Shown here piece by piece: positions 18,506-27,192 of a DNA stretch of 64,000 nt. The stretch is taken from IMG/VR virus record IMGVR_UViG_3300021375_000006; one strand, written 5' to 3'. Under the pieces are notes generated by a model, which did no database searches, was not told where the DNA came from, and saw only the letters and a list, made by a program, of their open reading frames with translations. Position numbers and translations under genes: made by a program. The first letter of the stretch is position 1. The number at the start of each line of letters is the position of its first letter. Source of the DNA: a virus. Taxonomy: Duplodnaviria; Caudoviricetes.

Positions 18506-18749
18506 ATTTGTTAATAACCTCGTATTTCTTAATGTTATATTTCTTTTGCCATGTTTCAATAAAACTTTCACCAATCCCCATTTCTACAATGTCATATTTG
18601 TGGTCAACCACCGGTTTTGTAGCTCTTCCATTATTTAAAATATCCACATGAATATCAGTTACAATCATATAGTGTTTATTTCCTGTTTTGGTTTTTCTAT
18701 AAACCACTACATTTGTAGGTTTTCCTTTTTCTTTCCAGGGTAATTTCAT
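18492..18749 (-). CDS. hypothetical protein (MKLPWKEKG...)
   Basis: internal ATG at 18749 with ATGA overlap. Confidence 0.6.
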   Translation of the reverse strand: MKLPWKEKGKPTNVVVYRKTKTGNKHYMIVTDIHVDILNNGRATKPVVDHKYDIVEMGIGESFIETWQKKYNIKKYEVINKYGKT

Positions 18750-19126
18750 TTCCAAAATAATTGAATACTGATAATAGCCACGGCTAGAATCACACATATT
18801 GTAGTCTTCATGTTTATACCTTCACCCATTAATAACCATGTTAAAAATGCAAAGGACGTTATACCCATTGAAAAGCCAATGAATCGACCTGGCCAAAGTA
18901 GACCACCATAATGTGCAGCAATTAGAGCGGTAGCTTTAATAAACATATATGAAATCATAGTACCACCTACAATTGACATTATCCATGGGTGGTCTTTAGC
19001 CCATTTACTTAAAAATTGTCCGTTGGTTTGAAACCAAATTAGTATCTGCCCTGCTAAAAATAAGAGCATGCCTGCAATAAGTCCTCTCAAAATAATTGAT
19101 TTGTGGTAGTTAATAAATGTGAGCAA
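18746..19126 (-). CDS. four-TM membrane protein (SMR/EamA-like size)
   Basis: four hydrophobic helices; probable TTG start near 19090. Confidence 0.65.
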   Translation of the reverse strand: MLTFINYHKSIILRGLIAGMLLFLAGQILIWFQTNGQFLSKWAKDHPWIMSIVGGTMISYMFIKATALIAAHYGGLLWPGRFIGFSMGITSFAFLTWLLMGEGINMKTTICVILAVAIISIQLFWK

Positions 19127-19713
19127 AAAGATTCTCTATGGTGGTCAGTTAATCCAGACTCTTTAATAGCCGTAATATGTTGTTTAGTTCCATATCCTTT
19201 ATTAGAACCCCATCCATATACATTACCACCTTCAATAGACTTCATATATGCATCTCTTTCAGTCTTTGCTAAAATACTTGCAGCTGCAATACTTGTATAG
19301 ATATTATCTCCGCCTACTACAGTTTCAAAAGGTTTACCATCGAAGCCGTGGAATTGATCGCCATCTACTAGAATAAAATTGAATGGGTGTTTCTGGCAAG
19401 TTTCTGCTAGAGCCCTTCTCATGCCTTCTAATGTAGCTTTTAAAATGTTAGTGTTTTCTATGTCTTCCACTCCAACATGTTGAATGGAGTACGCCAACGC
19501 GTTATCTAAAACCATTTGTCTAGCCTCTGCACGCTGACCTTCATTTAGAAGTTTAGAATCTTTAATAAGTTCATGTTGGAATCCGAATGGCATAATACAT
19601 GCCGCTACAGTTACTGGCCCGGCGAGTGCGCCTCTACCAGCTTCATCTACACCAACCTCTATAATATTGGGGTCGTTTAAATGACTGCTCTTTAAAATAA
19701 TGCGTTTAGACAT
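19087..19713 (-). CDS. rnhB: ribonuclease HII
   Basis: GVDEAGRGALAGPV, DSK, LVDG, IAAASILAK, NKGYGT. Confidence 0.95.
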   Translation of the reverse strand: MSKRIILKSSHLNDPNIIEVGVDEAGRGALAGPVTVAACIMPFGFQHELIKDSKLLNEGQRAEARQMVLDNALAYSIQHVGVEDIENTNILKATLEGMRRALAETCQKHPFNFILVDGDQFHGFDGKPFETVVGGDNIYTSIAAASILAKTERDAYMKSIEGGNVYGWGSNKGYGTKQHITAIKESGLTDHHRESFCSHLLTTTNQLF

Positions 19714-19740
19714 AGATATAACTTGTTTAGTAGTTATATC

Positions 19741-20223
19741 CTAAAATAGCTTATTGTTTCTAATTTTACTACTAGGAGATAAATCAGCTGGTCGATCCCA
19801 CCTCATTTGAACTTCCTTCTGATAGAAGCCACATTTCTCATAAAAACCTATATTATCTTCTGAACAATTAAGAACTACTTTATAGCAACCCCTTTCGACC
19901 GCTAAGTCTTTTAGTCTTTCAATTAATAGTTTACCTAGACCTCTACTTCCAGCGTGCTTAGAAACCGCAACATCTTCTATTTGAGCAACTCTGTTACCAC
20001 CTCTAATTAATTTATTGATAGTAATTAATGAAGCAACGCCTACCACATAACCACCTTCTTCTGCAACATAGTAGTGAATATTAGGATTATCTAAAATATT
20101 CCACCACTGTCTATTAGATGGATTGGTCTTACCATTAAAGGCTTCTGTATAAATATCACAGATAGGTTCTAAATCCTCGTAAGTTGCTTTACGAATCTTT
20201 ACTTTTTGTTCTGAATTTTCCAT
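19741..20223 (-). CDS. GNAT acetyltransferase, glucosamine-6-phosphate N-acetyltransferase (GNA1)-like
   Basis: QIEDVAV, GSRGLGKLLI, GCYKVVLNCS, GFYEKCGF. Confidence 0.75.
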   Translation of the reverse strand: MENSEQKVKIRKATYEDLEPICDIYTEAFNGKTNPSNRQWWNILDNPNIHYYVAEEGGYVVGVASLITINKLIRGGNRVAQIEDVAVSKHAGSRGLGKLLIERLKDLAVERGCYKVVLNCSEDNIGFYEKCGFYQKEVQMRWDRPADLSPSSKIRNNKLF

Positions 20224-20879
20224 TTGTCGTATCGTGTCACGACCTCTTGAAGTATTTTAGCCCTAACAATATCTGACTCAGTAAAGATATGAGTACTAAT
20301 GCCTCTTATACCTTCTAATAATTCTATAAAACCAGGAAGACTAACTTGCGAAGCTGCAATATCTGCTTGGCTTACATCCCCTGTAACTACCACTTTACTT
20401 GACTTACCCATTCTTGTTACAAATAACATCAACTGTTTATATGTTGCGTTCTGTGCTTCATCAAGAATCATTAGGGCATCATCAAAAGTATCTCCTCTCA
20501 TATAGGCTAGTGGTTCGAATCGAATTACTTTTTTATCAAATAAGGTTTTAGTTAGCTCAACACCGATTATCTTTTCTATATTAGATTTGTAAGATCTCAT
20601 ATAAGGATCTACTTTATCATTAATATCTCCTGGTAAGTGACCCAACTTTTCACCCGCTTCTTGGATCGGCTTACATAATATAATTTCTTTAATCTTCTTT
20701 TCTTGCAACATTTCTAGCGCAGTATAACACGCTGTAAATGTTTTCGAAGTTCCAGCTGGTCCGTAACAAAACGTAATATCATTTTTATCAATAGTATCTA
20801 CGTAATTTCTTTGGTTAGGTTTTAATTGAATTCTTTTCAATCCTGCTGCAATCGATGCTGCTCTAGAGGTTCTTGCCAT
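20199..20879 (-). CDS. phoH: PhoH family ATPase
   Basis: GPAGTSKT, LAYMRGDTF, LDEAQN, TGDVSQAD. Confidence 0.93.
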   Translation of the reverse strand: MARTSRAASIAAGLKRIQLKPNQRNYVDTIDKNDITFCYGPAGTSKTFTACYTALEMLQEKKIKEIILCKPIQEAGEKLGHLPGDINDKVDPYMRSYKSNIEKIIGVELTKTLFDKKVIRFEPLAYMRGDTFDDALMILDEAQNATYKQLMLFVTRMGKSSKVVVTGDVSQADIAASQVSLPGFIELLEGIRGISTHIFTESDIVRAKILQEVVTRYDKWKIQNKK

Positions 20880-20892
20880 AGTTTTAATTTAT

Positions 20893-21189
20893 TTAATCAC
20901 CGGCCATTATGACCAGTTCACGTAGTTTCATTAACTTATTACATTTTTCATACTCTTCTAGAGATTCAAAATATTTTATCATTAAGTCAATAAACTTAGA
21001 CCTTTGTGAAATTCCATGTGGAATTTCTATTAAACGGTCCTCATCTTTAAATGCGACGAAGCGATTTACGGTCTTTGTAAAATTCCTAGTTATCTGATAA
21101 TAACTCGCCCTCATTATACTGTCTTTATCGGAGTTTGATACAAATCCGCTCATCTCAATTACTATAATTTTTTGGTTGTTGCTAACCAT
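20893..21189 (-). CDS. UVR (UvrB/C)-like motif protein 1
   Basis: KYFESLEEYEKCNKL. Confidence 0.6.
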   Translation of the reverse strand: MVSNNQKIIVIEMSGFVSNSDKDSIMRASYYQITRNFTKTVNRFVAFKDEDRLIEIPHGISQRSKFIDLMIKYFESLEEYEKCNKLMKLRELVIMAGD

Positions 21190-21272
21190 GTTATATATTT
21201 TAGTTACTCTCTATCTAAAGCTAAATAAAGAGTTAAAATTATTAGTATATTATTCTAATACTAGGTCAAAAA

Positions 21273-21473
21273 TTAAAGTTGTTGATCTTCTCTTGTTTTT
21301 AGCTGCTGTATGTATTTAGCTTTTTGCTTTTGCAGTCTCTTCTTTTGAGAAGGTTTTGTGAATTGTTTGCGATCTCTTAACGCACGAAGTTGTTTTGTTC
21401 TAATTACTTTAGATTTAAGTTGTTTTAGAGCTTTTTCAATATTGGTTTTCTTATCTAGTTTTATTATTAACAT
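21273..21473 (-). CDS. rpsU: ribosomal protein bS21, Bacteroidota type
   Basis: MLII...NIEKALKQLK...LRDRKQFTKPS...QKAKYIQQL. Confidence 0.93.
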   Translation of the reverse strand: MLIIKLDKKTNIEKALKQLKSKVIRTKQLRALRDRKQFTKPSQKKRLQKQKAKYIQQLKTREDQQL

Positions 21474-21742
21474 AAATTTTGATTTACTTGTTGCTGCATT
21501 TCATATAATTTAGCACACTTTTCGAAATCTTCACGGTCTTCATAATATTTTAACATATTGCCTAATAGCTCAATTTTTCGATCAGCTGGCATGTCTGATA
21601 ATATAACGTATGCTGGATGTTCCATCATCGCTTGATATAATGCAGTGAAAAAAGTAGACTTATTACTAACCATTAGGCCTTCGATAATAATATCCCACCT
21701 AGAGTTCATTCTTCGTCTATTTTTTCTAAAAAATTTATCCAT
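21467..21742 (-). CDS. UVR-like motif protein 2
   Basis: KYYEDREDFEKCAKL. Confidence 0.6.
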   Translation of the reverse strand: MDKFFRKNRRRMNSRWDIIIEGLMVSNKSTFFTALYQAMMEHPAYVILSDMPADRKIELLGNMLKYYEDREDFEKCAKLYEMQQQVNQNLC

Positions 21743-21791
21743 GATTTTATTATGTACTTTCTTTATATATTCTAGCTTTATTATTTTTAAT

Positions 21792-22373
21792 TCAAAATAT
21801 CTTTATGGCTTTTTTATATAAATGTCCGTTTGCCACAGCTTCATAGTTTTTAGTATACGGAAACACCACCTCTCTAGACCACATTCCATCTTTCCATTTA
21901 CCATCTTCACTTAAATGTGTACTATCACCATTTTTAATAAAAGTATTTGAAAAATGATATATTGTTTTTTTAGTAGACGCCCATTCCGGTGGATTAGGAT
22001 TTTCATTATGCATTTTATAGTAGCCTTGGATTTGTGGGTTTTGTTGCCATTCATATAAATCAAATAATTCATCTAAATAAACTACATCTGGGTATATCCC
22101 ATGCTTAAAACCTAAATGTGTAATCCAAGTCATAACAGATCTAATATTACTAGGAATATAGGGTCCTGTAATTACAAAATCAGCATCCCAAGAAATCCAA
22201 TCTTCTAAAATACTACCAGTTAAATAAAGCTCATGTTCACTAAATAAATATGGTTTACTTTTAATCTCTTTTAAAAAATCTTGAAACTTTTCATTTTCAA
22301 AAGAGTCAATACCATACCAGACGTCTGATTTATAGCCGCCATATTCAATAAGAGAATTATCCTTTGGAGTCAT
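21792..22373 (-). CDS. putative Pol-beta superfamily nucleotidyltransferase
   Basis: LTGS...DADFVI...PDVV. Confidence 0.5.
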   Translation of the reverse strand: MTPKDNSLIEYGGYKSDVWYGIDSFENEKFQDFLKEIKSKPYLFSEHELYLTGSILEDWISWDADFVITGPYIPSNIRSVMTWITHLGFKHGIYPDVVYLDELFDLYEWQQNPQIQGYYKMHNENPNPPEWASTKKTIYHFSNTFIKNGDSTHLSEDGKWKDGMWSREVVFPYTKNYEAVANGHLYKKAIKIF

Positions 22374-23157
22374 TTATTTTCTTAATATATTCAATTTGTG
22401 TATCATTTAACTCAGGGAAGCTAGCATTTATTTTACAAAGAAGACTACCTCTAATCTGAGTATCGTAATTAGGCCATCCCTTTTCACGAACCCTTAATAC
22501 TTTACCAGGTGTTGTTGCCTGTGGTACATGGATTGTAATCGGACCATCTAATGTAGATATTGTAATTTTAGTACCTGCCATAATTTCATACCATGGTAGA
22601 CTTACTTCTACCCATATATCATTATTTTGGTCTATAATAAATTCTGAACTCATTCTTACATGAATGTTCACTAATAAGTCTCCAGGCGGTAGTGTGCTAT
22701 TAAATGGATGTGCTTGCCCTTTACCTGCTAATTTAAACCTTTGTCCAGTTTTAACACCTGGTTTTAAATTAATAGTAGACTCATATCCATTTACTTGAAA
22801 TGTTTTACTACACCCTTGAAATGCTTCTTCAAATGAAATGTGCATATCTACTTTAATATCAGCACCTCTTGTTTGTTGGCGCCTTTGGCCACCAAAGAAT
22901 TGATTGAATAGATCTCCGAAGTTACCATCCATTCCACCCATATTACCAAAGCTGGCAAATGGATTATCTTGCATAACATCATATTGCTGGCGTTTTTGTT
23001 CATCGCCAACTACAGCATACGCGTCTGCAATTTCTTTAAACTTATTTTCATCACCACCTCGATCTGGGTGATGCTGCATACTAAGTTTCCTATAAGCTTT
23101 CTTAATTTCTGACTGAGTTGCTGTTTTGTCTACGCCTAAAGTTGCATAGTGACTCAC
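22357..23157 (-). CDS. dnaJ: DnaJ/CbpA-type co-chaperone lacking zinc finger
   Basis: J domain with HPD, G/F region, C-terminal domain, no CxxCxGxG repeats. Confidence 0.9.
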   Translation of the reverse strand: MSHYATLGVDKTATQSEIKKAYRKLSMQHHPDRGGDENKFKEIADAYAVVGDEQKRQQYDVMQDNPFASFGNMGGMDGNFGDLFNQFFGGQRRQQTRGADIKVDMHISFEEAFQGCSKTFQVNGYESTINLKPGVKTGQRFKLAGKGQAHPFNSTLPPGDLLVNIHVRMSSEFIIDQNNDIWVEVSLPWYEIMAGTKITISTLDGPITIHVPQATTPGKVLRVREKGWPNYDTQIRGSLLCKINASFPELNDTQIEYIKKINDSKG

Positions 23158-23315
23158 TCGCTTTCAGATTTAGATTGTCTTATTTCACGAACCTGTAAGG
23201 ACTCTAGTTTAGCTTTTCTTTTCTCAGCTACAGTCTCACGTTTGTTCTTTGCTTCCATTGCGTCGGCAATTCTCTTAAGTTGTTTTGCTATTTCGCTAGC
23301 TGTCTTTTCGTCCAT
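23154..23315 (-). CDS. small basic helical protein (53 aa, not in ORF track)
   Basis: MDEKTASEIAKQLKRIADAMEAK...; fills gap and overlaps dnaJ start (GTGA/ATGA style). Confidence 0.6.
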   Translation of the reverse strand: MDEKTASEIAKQLKRIADAMEAKNKRETVAEKRKAKLESLQVREIRQSKSESE

Positions 23316-23550
23316 ATCTATTCTTAATTAAATCTGACTTGCCATTTTGAAAATCTTGATAAGGTAATGACTTATCCTTCTCTTCCTTATGAGGGCCATT
23401 AACCATTATAGTATCTTTATATGGATTTGTTTCAACGCCCTGATCTTCTAACCAGGTCATCATATCCTTTACAGAACCTTTAAATTGTCTAATTCTTTCT
23501 AGCTCAGGGTGGTCTGTAGCGAAGTCTTCAAATAGTTTAATATGCTTCAT
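23296..23550 (-). CDS. putative internal head protein (MKHIKLFEDF)
   Basis: CTS-like N-terminus. Confidence 0.6.
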   Translation of the reverse strand: MKHIKLFEDFATDHPELERIRQFKGSVKDMMTWLEDQGVETNPYKDTIMVNGPHKEEKDKSLPYQDFQNGKSDLIKNRYGRKDS

Positions 23551-23993
23551 TAGTCTAGGCTTCCGTATTTACCTGAGGACATATCTTTACCAAATTGGTC
23601 AATCGCCTTAGTTCTATAGTCAATATATGCTGGATCTTCGTGGTGATTTTTACCACCAGCCCCAAAGTAAGAGTTAAATCTATATGAAGTAATTGCGTCA
23701 CCCTTTTCTTTAAAAGCCTTTTCCATATCTTTAACGATCTTAATAATCTTTCTCTTCTTCGATGAGTTAATAGGTCCTTTAAACTTCTCACTATCTGGCG
23801 CAAACGAAGAAGTACTACTAGTTACTTTAACGTATTCTAGAGTTTCTGGCGCATTTTCAATTAGCTTAATAAAGTCTTTTAGGTTATCTGCACTACCAGC
23901 CCAAGAAGACTCTATCTTCTTACCATTAATAGTAGAGTAGGCCATTTCGACCTTCTCGTTTAAAAATCTGTGATATGGTTGGATATGTTTCAT
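23550..23993 (-). CDS. putative internal head protein (MKHIQPYHRFLNE)
   Basis: CTS-like N-terminus; late promoter at 23997-24005. Confidence 0.6.
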   Translation of the reverse strand: MKHIQPYHRFLNEKVEMAYSTINGKKIESSWAGSADNLKDFIKLIENAPETLEYVKVTSSTSSFAPDSEKFKGPINSSKKRKIIKIVKDMEKAFKEKGDAITSYRFNSYFGAGGKNHHEDPAYIDYRTKAIDQFGKDMSSGKYGSLD

Positions 23994-24006
23994 AGGTTAT
24001 ATATCA

Positions 24007-24086
24007 ATAAAAAAACCCGCGGAAATACTAGATTTCCTACGGGTTCATTTCGGGGGCCCGCACTTCCGTTATGGATGTGCGTTAAG
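24007..24086 (-). ncRNA. candidate ~80-nt three-hairpin small RNA
   Basis: GC-rich island between a GATATATAA motif and a U-tailed terminator; no ORF beyond MNP*. Confidence 0.5.
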
Positions 24087-24094
24087 TTATATAT

Positions 24095-24400
24095 CTAACA
24101 AACTCGCTCTAAAATACGTTCTACCTTTTCGAGTTCGGTTTTTAGTACTCCACACTTCTCATATTGCTCTAGGTCAATAAAGTGTTTCGTCATATAAACA
24201 ATAGTTTCTTTCAATTGAATTACCTCTTCTGTTTCCATGTGGCGTATGTGCCAATCAGAGAGACCATTCTCTTTAATGTTATTGTAGTTCTTCTCGATGG
24301 CTTCCTCAATCATAGCGTTCTTATACGCCTCCATCTTCTGTTCGAATTCTGGATCGTTTAGGTAGTCATCAATGTTAAAGTCATCATTCATATTAAGCAA
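24095..24400 (-). CDS. UVR-like motif protein 3
   Basis: KHFIDLEQYEKCGVLK. Confidence 0.6.
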   Translation of the reverse strand: MLNMNDDFNIDDYLNDPEFEQKMEAYKNAMIEEAIEKNYNNIKENGLSDWHIRHMETEEVIQLKETIVYMTKHFIDLEQYEKCGVLKTELEKVERILERVC

Positions 24401-24524
24401 ATGTAATATTATCAGATTTGAATGCCATTTTGTATTCGTGAACTAAGTATTCAGCTTCGTCCACTGTTTCGGCCGTGTCAATTACCTCTCGGCCATAGGT
24501 TGAATCGTAGAAAATTTCGTACAT
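24393..24524 (-). CDS. small acidic protein (43 aa, not in ORF track)
   Basis: MYEIFYDSTYGREVIDTAETVDEAEYLVHEYKMAF...; directly behind class I promoter. Confidence 0.65.
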   Translation of the reverse strand: MYEIFYDSTYGREVIDTAETVDEAEYLVHEYKMAFKSDNITFA

Positions 24525-24536
24525 AATATTTATTGA

Positions 24537-24593
24537 TTTTTAATTACAGTACTAATATACGAAAAATAATTGACATAAAAAAATTCTAAGGCA
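24537..24593 (-). promoter_or_regulatory. class I promoter, copy 4
   Basis: near-identical to copies 1 and 2. Confidence 0.75.
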
Positions 24594-24616
24594 ATTATTT
24601 TGAAGAAATCTCTATC

Positions 24617-24988
24617 TTATTTGATAGAGATTTTCTTCTTATTATCAACTGAATCAAACTTAAGAGTTAAGATACCATTTGTCATAGTAGCGTTAATTGA
24701 ATCCATATCTACTGTGCTAGGTAATCTAAACTTCTTAGTAAATGATTGTGCAAATCCTTCGTCCTTCTTTTCAGAAGAGATCGTTAAGATCTGACCTTCA
24801 ACTTCAATGTTAATATCCTTCTTGCTAAATCCTGGCAAGCTAACATCTAGTTTGTTATCACCCACTTTATATTCTGGGCCTAGGATATTTAATGTGTCCC
24901 ACTCTCTTCTTGGGATTACGTTAAAGAATGAATCGAATGCTCCGTCGAAAGAGTCTTGTGCTAATTTTGATAAGTTTGTTAAATACAT
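24617..24988 (-). CDS. Hsp20/alpha-crystallin small heat-shock protein
   Basis: LPGFSKKDINIEVEG, FRLP, INATMTNGILTL. Confidence 0.92.
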   Translation of the reverse strand: MYLTNLSKLAQDSFDGAFDSFFNVIPRREWDTLNILGPEYKVGDNKLDVSLPGFSKKDINIEVEGQILTISSEKKDEGFAQSFTKKFRLPSTVDMDSINATMTNGILTLKFDSVDNKKKISIK

Positions 24989-25092
24989 GTTTTAAAATTT
25001 ATTTTGTTTCTTGTGCAATATCGCACAGTAACTATAGTGAAAAAAGTGTACCAAAGCTATTTTTGTGACGTATTGTCACCTTTTCTAAAATT

Positions 25093-25824
25093 TTATTGAC
25101 AAATTGGCATACCAGACATCTTTAAGATGACATTTGCTGTAGCCTTAATATCTTTTTCGCAATAAGTTTTAATCTCTTCATGTCTATCATTCCAGTAATA
25201 TTCTGAAACTTCTGACCCTGACATTGCGTCTTTTGGTGAGGGAATACCTAGGACTTCTGAGATGAGACCTAGTTTAGCTGAGTCCCAACCTCCGAATTGC
25301 CAAGTCTCTTTAGTATCGAGTAGACAGTTCTCCCAAGGTTTTTGTTTGTGTAAGTGAAAGTGTTTAGGAACAGAGACTCCATTTATTAGAGACCTCTTAA
25401 TAATATATGGCATATCGAAACCTTTGATAAAGTGGCCAACCCACTTCATCGCTGGGTACTTCTGCATGATCTTAGAGCTCATATCCTGAAAATCCTTTAG
25501 TATCTTATGTTCATCGGTACCGCTAAATGAGACAGCCTTAAAACCATTAGGAAAGCCTGTTTCATCAAATTGAATCTGGCCAACTGAGATACAAACAATT
25601 CTACCCCACTCTGGATTTAGTCCAGCCATTCTAGGCCACATCTTATGTGGATCTGAGTAGTCTGCTAATTCAACTGGATTCTTTTGTACCAGTTGCATGG
25701 TCTTTAAATCCCAGTATTGTTCTAACTCTGGGTTCTCGTCAATTACTTCTTGAAACGTCTCTTTCTGAGTTGCTGTTTCAATGTCGATGAAAATCATCTG
25801 CTTTAATTCGTCTAATGTGTACAT
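25093..25824 (-). CDS. PolB-related 3'-5' exonuclease (RNase H-like fold)
   Basis: IDIET, GHFIKGFDMPYI, YCEKD (ExoI-III). Confidence 0.88.
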   Translation of the reverse strand: MYTLDELKQMIFIDIETATQKETFQEVIDENPELEQYWDLKTMQLVQKNPVELADYSDPHKMWPRMAGLNPEWGRIVCISVGQIQFDETGFPNGFKAVSFSGTDEHKILKDFQDMSSKIMQKYPAMKWVGHFIKGFDMPYIIKRSLINGVSVPKHFHLHKQKPWENCLLDTKETWQFGGWDSAKLGLISEVLGIPSPKDAMSGSEVSEYYWNDRHEEIKTYCEKDIKATANVILKMSGMPICQ

Positions 25825-26008
25825 ATCTTTAATTTCCTTTAAATACTAAAAAACATCTAGCGTTAACTAGATGTTCTTTATACGTTCGAAGTCTTATTTG
25901 TTTCTTAAGAACTTCCAGATTAGTCCTATTAAACTATCAGCTTTAAATTTCTTGCCCTTGTAGTTTAATAAGTAATCTTTTCTTTCATTGTTTTCCATAA
26001 TTGTTGTT

Positions 26009-26248
26009 TTAAGTCATCCAACCGCCAGATTCTTCCCAGTCTTTATGAGAAGATAGCATTGAATATGCCTCAAAAGAAAGTGTTACTTCAACATAACCCC
26101 CGGTTATAGATTGGGGACACTTAGACTCGCTTAGGTACCAGTTAGGTGCATCTTTAATCCTACCATTCAAAAAATCAAATAGTGGATCTATGTGCATGTG
26201 GTGTACCCATATATTGATATGCATACATGTCATGTTTGCTTTACCCAT
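26009..26248 (-). CDS. hypothetical protein
   Basis: 79-aa ORF. Confidence 0.55.
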   Translation of the reverse strand: MGKANMTCMHINIWVHHMHIDPLFDFLNGRIKDAPNWYLSESKCPQSITGGYVEVTLSFEAYSMLSSHKDWEESGGWMT

Positions 26249-27173
26249 TTTCTACGCTAAATCTTTTTTTGTCAAAGTTAATTGTACTTTTAATATCTTT
26301 CTTTTGGTACATATCTATCTGTTCGATTTCAGATGATTGTAATTTTTTACCGTAATGCTCTTGATAGACTTTTTTATAGATAAGTGCCATAACACCATAG
26401 AGAGGAGCAAACTCTGAAGACATTTCCACTACCCATGGTTTCCCATCTGTATCAACCATTAGGTCTATTGAGTATATGTCTAAACCTTCATGTGCCTTAT
26501 TCATTTCCTGAAATACTTCATTCCATTCCTTTGGCATTTTACTAAGATCTTTTAACACATACTTAAAGAATAGCTTGTCTTCTTTTTTCTTTGTCATCTC
26601 TTTGGTCTCCTTGTTACCATGTACTCTTTGTACCCACATAACAGGTTCACCTCTCCACATCATTATTCTGTGTTCTTCATCGATGTCTATCTTCTCGCTG
26701 AAGACTTCAAAGTCAGAAAGGTCCATATCATTAGCTTTTCTAAGGGTATCTATTTTAATAATACCTTGGCCCGAATATCTGTTATCGGGTTTCGCTATGA
26801 TAGGGAACTTTAACTGATCTAAATCTTTTGCATCTGAAACTGTCTTTGGCACATGTTTAGAATCTTTGTGAGTCTCATGCCATTTTACTTTCGATGCGAT
26901 TTCCATCTTCTTCTCCTTAGGATTATAGATTAGGTCTTTAGGAGTACCCGCATCTAATAGTCTTTTAGTGTGGATATTACAAAAGTTAATCACAGGCATA
27001 TCAGACTTAAATGGCTGATCGCCCTTCGTAAAGAGTTGCATAAAATTTCTAGTGTGTGCAGATTTATCTGTTACATACTTAAAGTCTGTAAGCTCTGTAG
27101 ATACACACATAACAACTTTGTGCAGTTCTCCATTTTTCTCGTTAAGAAATGTTTGGAAATCTTTAATTTTCAT
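26241..27173 (-). CDS. ATP-grasp ligase (RimK-like) with CTS-like N-terminus
   Basis: FPIIAKP...SGQGIIK, EHRI, SIDLMVD...WVVEMS; MKIKDFQTFLNE. Confidence 0.75.
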   Translation of the reverse strand: MKIKDFQTFLNEKNGELHKVVMCVSTELTDFKYVTDKSAHTRNFMQLFTKGDQPFKSDMPVINFCNIHTKRLLDAGTPKDLIYNPKEKKMEIASKVKWHETHKDSKHVPKTVSDAKDLDQLKFPIIAKPDNRYSGQGIIKIDTLRKANDMDLSDFEVFSEKIDIDEEHRIMMWRGEPVMWVQRVHGNKETKEMTKKKEDKLFFKYVLKDLSKMPKEWNEVFQEMNKAHEGLDIYSIDLMVDTDGKPWVVEMSSEFAPLYGVMALIYKKVYQEHYGKKLQSSEIEQIDMYQKKDIKSTINFDKKRFSVENG

Positions 27174-27192
27174 AGATTATATATCTATGATT

